Assembly: GCA_030141605.1 (NCBI GenBank)
Contig: JAQGDQ010001792.1
Location: forward strand, 1-25,386
Reading direction: 5' to 3'
Origin: Tubiluchus corallicola
Lineage: Eukaryota > Animalia > Priapulida
DNA length: 25,386 nucleotides
Made by a program: the position numbers and the translations under genes. Below are positions 10,186-17,849 of this stretch, piece by piece (position 1 is the first letter of the stretch; each line of letters opens with the position of its first letter). The notes below the pieces were generated by a model that saw nothing but the letters and a program-made list of their open reading frames with translations, had not been told where the DNA came from and made no database searches.

Positions 10186-10765
10186 TATATAGTTATCAGT
10201 AGGCCTACAAACCAGGCAATAGTGCCTAGACAATTGTGTGACAAAACCATATTATAATAATTATATTTGGAGCAATTTAATCCTTTGTTCGATTAGTCAA
10301 CACTGACAAATAAGTTGCTTAACTGCGAGCTTACTTTAAAAAACACAGAAGGCAGGTTGGTCAAATAAATTAATGACTCCATTGTTAAGTAGACCTAATA
10401 ACGGTTAATGAAAAGAACAAAAGTATTGATCACTCGCACACTCCACGTTATGCCACTCGTTTTACTAATTTCTTTCTTAGCAATTTGTGCGTGTAAGCAT
10501 TAAGCGCCTATTTAGATTGTTTCTTGTTTCTATAATGATAAGAGTTTGTTCATTAATCTGAATTTACATTATTCACAATAGATGGCACTGTCATAATTGA
10601 CTTAGCGCCAGATTTGCTCTTGTTTTCGATAGTAATCAATGCAGATTTTAACACAATCATTTGTATCTGGTTTTATCTGATATTTATTAAACCATCCTGC
10701 CATCACAATTTTATAATTATTGATTTAGTTAGGCTACAAGCTAGATTTCCTAATTCATTTTGGCA

Positions 10766-13700
10766 ATGGATATCACATGTACAATGAATGCAGTTATCCT
10801 GGCTGGTTTACTATTGCTGCTGGTTACTTTGCGTGGTTCAAGCGCAGCTAATGAGACTGGATCCGTCACTTTCCTCAGGGCAGCACAGGTAAGTGTTTAG
10901 CGCAAACCATTATTCAAATATTTTCAATAAGATTTTATTTATAGTTCCAGCAACTGATTGTGATCTTTAAAGGTCCAAGGTTAGGTGTACCAGACAATGT
11001 CTCGCAGCCACGAGTTTGTTGTAACAGCCTTCATATTTGCGTCAACATTCTAAGGGATCATGGGAAGAATATCTAACAATTGTTATGAATAAATTTCGGA
11101 ATCATGAATTATGTGATTAATTAATGAAGTTATCAACTTCAACAGATTATGTTGATAAAGAGACCTCCAAATTGGATCAGAGAAATTTATTAAGAAATAT
11201 GTGAACTCACTTAGCTGGTAAAGCATATATTTATTGTAAGGCAAGGAATTATTGTCACAAGAGATGTGTTTACAAGTAATAGAACAGGTGTTCATTTTGA
11301 GAGGGAAAGTTTGTCACAGGTGTTTGAATTTAAGAGAAGCGAAGCTGAATTTTATAACTTGAAGTAGTTAAGAGTATATACCTCCTGTAATGTAATGCGA
11401 GTTGCTGGACTATGATTGGGAAGGAGCAGGAAGAAGCTCATTTCTTGAACAGAAGTTTATGACCCAAGCGACGCGAGAATCAAAAGACGAAGCGGAGTTT
11501 CTCAGGTGAGAGGCTACGCGACCTGGACATCTGGATGGTCATAAACACCCAAGCCACAACAGAACCTTTGACCTATGGTGACATCTCGAGCGCGTTCGCG
11601 CGCAAAGCCATGAAGACTCCATTGGAGTATATAAGATGATGTACGGCAAGGGCTCGTGGTTAATCGTTAGGCGTCGGGAAGTGAATCGTCGTTCAGTCGT
11701 GAGTGAACAAGTTGCGGACCACGTGATGTCGTGAGTCTGGGAGAGAGGAGATCAAGTCTGGAGAGACTACAGGAACTCTGAGAGAAGCAAGGACCGCTAG
11801 ACCCAGCGTAGACAACTATGTGCGTCCTCAAAGAATTGAGCACTGGATCTGCGAATTGAGTCTTGCAACTGAAACGGAATTGACCAATTGAACGGTTGTT
11901 ATTGGTCATTCCACCAAGTTAAGTGAACTTAACATATCGTAACTTGAGAGCAACTCTGCATAGTAGCTTCATCACAGTAATAGACACCTTAAGTGTGACG
12001 TGTAGTCGATTGTAATAATTGTTTCACGTTGTAAATTAGCACCTTAAGTGCGAAGAGAGAAGAACTAGTTAAGGAAACCGTTTAGTGTCTCTGGGAGCTA
12101 ATTATAAATTGTGAGCGTCTTTGGCGATTAAGTACATACATTGTAATTTAGCAAACTAAGGGTAATTGTTGTAAACAATAAACGGATCTCGTTTAATCAT
12201 AAATTATTAGTTCGAGTATGCTTAGAGGTGTCTCAGTAAACAACATCAAATTCTGTAAACCAGTCTAAGGATTTGCTGTGTACATTAAGTATTCTACGAG
12301 TTCAATTGCGGGAACTTTTGCTAGGTAGCTTTAGAGATTAAGACTCTTTCACAACGCGGAGTCGTAGAAACAATCTTGTGAGAAGGAATTATTGCTCTAT
12401 AGATTTTATCTTAAGCTCTAGTAGCCGGGTTACGAATAACCTTTTAGCAATTAATGTATTAGAGGTGAATCCCTCCTTCAGTCTTAAGTCGAGTTTTATA
12501 CGATCACATGCGTCAAATAAGAATCAATATTAATTAGGGAGATTAATATTGCACATTAAAGAGTGACTAAGATAATAAAGTGATAACTGGTACTTGGATC
12601 CAGGATCATTAAGAAGGAGATAATACAATGACTATTAGGTAGCCTTTACATGGATGTCCGTGATGACGAAGTAGCTGTTACTAATTGGTTGCGGTTTCAC
12701 TGTGAAATAATTTTATGCGCCATTTTTCTTTGCCGCCTTACTGTGAAATGGACCTAACTTGCAAGCGTAGGTGTTCCGTTTAGGTCAGAGCTGTGCAGTT
12801 TCTTGCCGATAGAAACTCGTAAAAGAGTTCACACTTGCGAGTCTGAAGTCAGTGGAAAAATTCGCTAGTGAGAACGTGCCATTAGTCTCCAGACTGTCTG
12901 GCCCGTAGAGGCTAACCGACCCTATTATCAATGTCAGATAAAGGAAAAAATAGCAATTTTCTACTGTAAACTGCTCATTGTAAAGTGCTGTTGATTTTTA
13001 AAGGGGAGGGAAAGAGAATTTAAAGGGGAGGGAAGGAGAATTTAAAGTATATCCAAAGAATTTTGAACCATTCAAAATTAGATTACCTAGGTATTTAAGT
13101 TTACCTGTTTGAAAGACTTAATAGGTTAAAATATTCGTGTGACCTGGTAAGATGGCACTGCATCGCCATCACCAATGTTTCATCAGTCTTAGCATGGCGG
13201 TTGTTAAGGTATTAAATTGACCATTTCTTCCAAAACAGATAAAGTACGTATTATTTGACAATTTTGAGGCCAAACAGATGCAACACAAAGAAATCGTTGT
13301 AATGCTAGAGTTTTCGACACTGCCAAAAATTTGGCCTACCCGGGGTCACGCAAAGGTCATCAACAGGGGATGTGTTAAACATATTGTGGTGTAATAATAT
13401 ATTAAATAAAGCTTATGTGGAGGCGGATTGATGCTGTTCATTAAAACGTCGAGTGTCGTTGAGAAGTGACTTTACTTTCAAAATTATTTGTCCTTCGTCT
13501 TAGATTTTTTGTGTGGTAACTTTTGCATAAAATGCATGTCAAACTAAATGGCCAGGGTCAAAAATTTTGGGCCATCTGGGGTCACCCACAGGGCATCTTA
13601 AGGAAATGTCGCAAACAGTTGTGTAGTAATTATAGGGTACCATAAGCTTGGAAACTCAGTTCTAGAATCATAACTTTTAGGATCAGCTCTGGGTCTGATT

Positions 13701-15103
13701 TAGGAAGATGCTAAATGCAAAGTTATTAGGAAGACAAGGGAGAGCACAGCAGGATGTAACAATCCACGCATTATAATTGCGGGTATAAAGGCCCTATCAG
13801 AGTTTTTCTAGTAGGATGACATGGCAACGAGATAACATATGACCCCAATAAGCCAGTGTGCTTTTGTGTTTGAACAATCATTCTACCACATGCCATATAA
13901 GTTTCCTGTGGTTATTGCAAATTTTCATTCAGGGGTCCTACACCCTCATTGAATGTCATTATTTTAGAAGCAATTTTTATTTATAAATATAAAACAAAAG
14001 CTGTCAGTTAAACCATCTCCTGTCACAGAAGCAGAATCTCACCACAGAAGTCAAAAAACTTCTACTAGTTTAAACTGGTCTCATATGACTTACTGCTAAA
14101 ATGGCTGCACCTAACTGTCTTGGGGGAGTTTAAATTTGCAAGTTTCTTTCAGCTCTAGCGCAAGCTCTGTATGCAATAAAACCCTACGTAATCGATATAA
14201 ATATCAAAACGATTTTTTTAGTTTTATTTATGAAAAATGATTTTTTGCCTCTAGGGTATTAATATACCATGTTTAAACGGTGGTAGAATGCACAATGGAC
14301 ACTGTTACTTATTCCATTTCAAGGGGATTACTTTCTGGAGGGCTGTGCTAAGCTGCCAGATGACAGGAAGTAATCTGGTTACCGTAGACACAGGCACAGA
14401 ACTGCAATTCTTAAAGGAAGTCCTGAATGTTATTAGTAAGTATTTTAAATCATCTGTTTTCTTTACTCAGAGCTGACTACAAGTGTTGTCTGATTTATTA
14501 AACACAAGGAAGAGCTGTCCAATGTCTATGTATAAACTAGTAGAGTTAGGGCTAATTAAACAAGATTAGATTGGACTGGATCAGGTCGGATTAGATTGCA
14601 TTAGAGAAGGTTAGGCGAGGAGAGGTTAGCTACGGTTAGGTAAGATTAGCAAATCTGTCAAATATTGCCTGTCATCTTATGAAATTATGACTGTCCAAAC
14701 TAATCTGATGTGATCTGATCCGATCCGAACTGATCCGATCCAATTCAATCTAATCTATCTCAACCTAACCTAACTTAACCAAAGATAAAATAGCTTGTCA
14801 ATTTATTTTTGTTTTTTCATCCTCCGTAAATGTAATTTGTCTCATCGACACTTAAATTTGCAATTTTTCTCTGTAGCTGCCGTCAAAGAGGGTGGCTTGT
14901 GGATTGGTGCAACTGATTACCTCAAAGAAAAGGAATGGAGATGGATAGCCAATGGTCAAAAACTCAGAGTTAATGGCTGGCTGGATGCAGTTAACAGCAA
15001 TGCACGAAATTGTGCTGTTATGCTATTTGAAACATTGAAGTGGAACGACGCTAATTGTGGTGCAAGGCAGAGGGGATTTATCTGTGAATCTGATGCTACA
15101 TAA
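10766..15103 (+). CDS. Secreted C-type lectin, copy 1: exons 10766-10888, (degenerate exon 2 ~14143/14153-14187), 14255-14435, 14877-15103; 176 aa if exon 2 is skipped
   Basis: Signal-peptide exon MDITCTMNAVILAGLLLLLVTLRGSSA ending CAG/GTAAGT (phase 0); CTLD exons with CLNGG..NGHCY, FWRAVLSC, LVTVDT..ELQFL, LWIGATD, WRW, NCAVM, WNDANC, FICE; compatible GT-AG phases 0/1; conserved AATAAA 15465-15470. Confidence 0.85.
11081..12625 (+). mobile_element. Solo LTR (1545 bp) in intron 1 of lectin copy 1
   Basis: Flanked by CAAT duplication (11077-11080, 12626-12629; an ACAAT 5-bp reading is also possible); termini TGTTAT...ATAATA (ATAACA with one change); the paralogous site in copy 2 (18161-18164) is empty with a single CAAT; TATATAA 11628-11634, AATAAA 12177-12182; no coding domains. 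Confidence 0.85.
12997..13047 (+). repeat. 22-bp purine-rich tandem repeat x2.3
   Basis: TTTAAAGGGGAGGGAAAGAGAA / TTTAAAGGGGAGGGAAGGAGAA / TTTAAAG. Confidence 0.9.
13135..13790. mobile_element. Possible non-autonomous DNA element (Helentron/HINE-like) with internal degenerate direct repeat
   Basis: ~75-bp degenerate repeat at 13324-13400 and 13559-13635; small hairpin CGCATTATAATTGCG followed by GGTATAAA at ~13768-13789; not present in intron 1 of copy 2. Boundaries uncertain. Confidence 0.3.
14540..14780. repeat. Pentamer-based inverted repeat in lectin copy 1 intron 3
   Basis: Left arm of degenerate TTAGA/TTAGG/TCGGA pentamers (14540-14650), right arm of TCTAA/CCTAA/TCCGA pentamers (14700-14780). 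Confidence 0.8.
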
Positions 15104-15949
15104 ATCAAGGTTTCTCTCAGTGGAAGAACTGTGTGGTAACCCCATTGCTATGGCGGCGACAATAATACTAGAAATGAGATACAAAATCAGTATAACGGAA
15201 GGTAGAAACAAACACCAAAGCCGACTAACACAGTAGTGCTTTTCAGATTTTTGCTTTGCTTGACCAGAGACTTGCCAAGGGTTTTAGTTCATTTTGTTTT
15301 GCTTTGTTTGTTAAAAATATAGAAACCTATATATCATAAATATATAAATAAGCTTAAGAGAAACTCTGCTTTTTAAGTAAGTGGTTTAATAAGTTTTCAC
15401 CGTGATTTTTTTTTGAGTGTTTTCATTCTTTGTTTTCAATGTTACTTGGTTTTGCTACGTGTGAAATAAATAATTTTAAGCGACTATAGTAATGACTAAT
15501 TGGTTATTATTTTGACAGCGTCAAAAAGTGAAGATTTGCCATTCTGTTCTTTGACGCTGCTAACAGAGGCAAAGACCCGAAATAAAGGGGGGGTGCATCT
15601 TTTCACACAGGAGTGCTCGTGGACTGATTTGCTTAATCCTTAATTTTGTATACTTCCAGAATCTTTCAAAATTTATCCTATAAGACGTATGATTTTTCTG
15701 CTACTGTATGAGCACAGACATAGCTAAATGATTGCAAATGAGGTACTTTTCTATGCATCAGAACCTCGGCTATCAAATCGTTTGCATGTTTAAACATCTA
15801 TGAGTTATTTATTCGGACAAAAATTAAGAAAAACGTACCTTTTTAGGTACTCTGACTTAGCTTATAGAGCAGATTTGTCAGTTGTACGCTTGCGTGATCA
15901 CACACAGTAATTTACTGATCACCTGATTGCGACAGTGCAAGCTATGCAG

Positions 15950-16190
15950 AGTAAAATTTATTACGTGATATATAGTGGATAGAACGTTGTGCGAGCCGTG
16001 TGTACCTGTTTATAGACGTTTGAGAAATGGCAAAGGTATTAAGACTTTATTTACGAAATAACACATTTATTAAATATCAGCACAATAAGTATAAAGTCTT
16101 AATAGCTTTGCCATTCCACAAACGCCTATAAACAGCTACACACGCTCGCACAACGTACTATCCACTACATATCACGTAATAAATTTTATT
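15950..16190. mobile_element. Palindromic foldback MITE, 241 bp
   Basis: Arms 15952-16050 and 16091-16188 are reverse complements with scattered mismatches, ~40-bp spacer; flanked by TGCAG on both sides; absent at the paralogous site near 21885-21895. Confidence 0.85.
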
Positions 16191-17849
16191 TGCAGTGGTC
16201 TGCTGCTATTCCAGAAAAAAATCAACCAATCAGGATAGAACAAATTAAGTCACCTCATCTAAGTTACATCACCTCACAGCCCGAGCTATTGTAATAGTAG
16301 CAGTTTTACCCGCTAGGCAAAACTTTGCCTATTTCATTTTTCTTGTTCCAAGCAAGATCCTGCCGGTAAATAAGTCTACGCCAAGACTAACGCATAATTA
16401 AGTGAAGTCCACGTGAAACAACAGTAGTTACTGAACTGATGCGGCATTCGGAATTGTTTCACCCACATGTCATGTGACTATTGTAGTTAAGATATGTTGC
16501 TGTGGTACACTTAACCTTTAACCTATAACAGTTGTGCATGTGCACAATGAAAGTGTGAAAAGGCTTATCATTATTATTAATAGTAATCTCTGTGCAAGTG
16601 TTTGGAATGCTAGTTTTGTGTAATCATTTGTGAGATAACTAAAGACCACGTATTTTAAATAGTCAAAATAGTTTTATTGAGAACGAATTGTTTTTATAAC
16701 AATGGTTTTATTAATTATACTATTGCAAGAACAATGGCTGTAAGTATGCCATTATTGCAAAACAATGCTTCGAAGAATAGAACGTGCAGCAATAATTTCA
16801 AGCATATGGCATTTATTTCAAAGCTGGTGACTTGTACGTGTGGAATAAATTTTATGCAGGTAAGTATTCGAAACATTTTAATGTGGACTTTACTCGAAAA
16901 GTGGATTCTCTTATTCTACCCTTTCACGGTAAAAGACAGTAAGTTATTTTTTTGCAATTTTTCAAAAATAAACGAAAACATTTGTGAATCGCATCAAATT
17001 GGCTACAATGAGTATAAGTAAATCGTGGCTTATATAAATGTTTGGCAACAGTGATATAATTTCAATCAGCAAGTTTAAAACTAATTTATATTTATAAGTT
17101 TTTGCTGAATTTTGTACTAGCTGTCTTTACAGCAAGTAGATGCTTTCTTGGAAAAAGACAGTAAGTCTGTTTACGTCATGCATTTTTAATTCAGCATTAA
17201 GTGAATGCATAAGTGCCATAGACTGTAATTATTAAGCAATATAGAATTCAAAGGATAAAATATTGTTTTTTATTTAAATGAATTGACTTTATGAAGCATG
17301 CACTGGTAAGCTACTGTAAGAGACTAATGATCTGTATAGCTCGGCTCGTCATTTTATGATAGAATTCGTTAGTTTTTTCGAATTGCGAAAACAACAGTTC
17401 TTAAACATTCAGCTACCACCATTACAAGAGGTACCGAACACTGCAGGTTTTCACAATAATACAATCGGCATTTAGAGAAACGTCACAGTTTCTCCCAAAA
17501 TTATCGATCTGTTAAGCCACAAGGCATCCTGAACAAGCGACTAAGTAACAACATTGGTCTTTTTTCCAAGCTGCGTGTAGTAACTCATTAAGCAAGCTAG
17601 GATGACTAGGCAATTTTGTGTTGTAGTTTGAAAACTTTTGTTAATTGTTTTGCTAAAGTCGGATAAGAAATTAATAATTAATATTTAAATTAAAACACAA
17701 TAAAAATCTTCGCCCAAGACATTTCTTACCAGAAAAAATCTATGACAGTATGATTGTTTTTCTAAACAATCTAAACCATTCTGTCACCGCAATTTTATAT
17801 TTCTTTATTTAGTTAGGTTAGAAACTAGGTTTAGTACTTCATTTTGGCA

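Noticed and set aside
11081-12625. 3' LTR of the Gmr1-like element
   Set aside because: No visible similarity to 1038-1814, and it has its own TSD and an empty paralogous site.
13495-13530. Displaced first half of lectin exon 2 in copy 1 (TAG/ATTTTTTGTGTGGTA, IFCVV vs ILCVI)
   Set aside because: Very short T-rich match, followed by an in-frame stop, inside a probable repeat; likely chance.
14795-14876. N-terminal parts of ORFs 14795-15103 and 20413-20721 (MSIYFCFFIL...)
   Set aside because: Read-through of the intron pyrimidine tract with a TTG start; coding similarity begins after the AG at 14876/20494.
16677-17021. 114-aa ORF in the duplicated flank
   Set aside because: The homologous region in unit 3 has stops (TCTAATAATAG) and indels; unit 1 has deletions.
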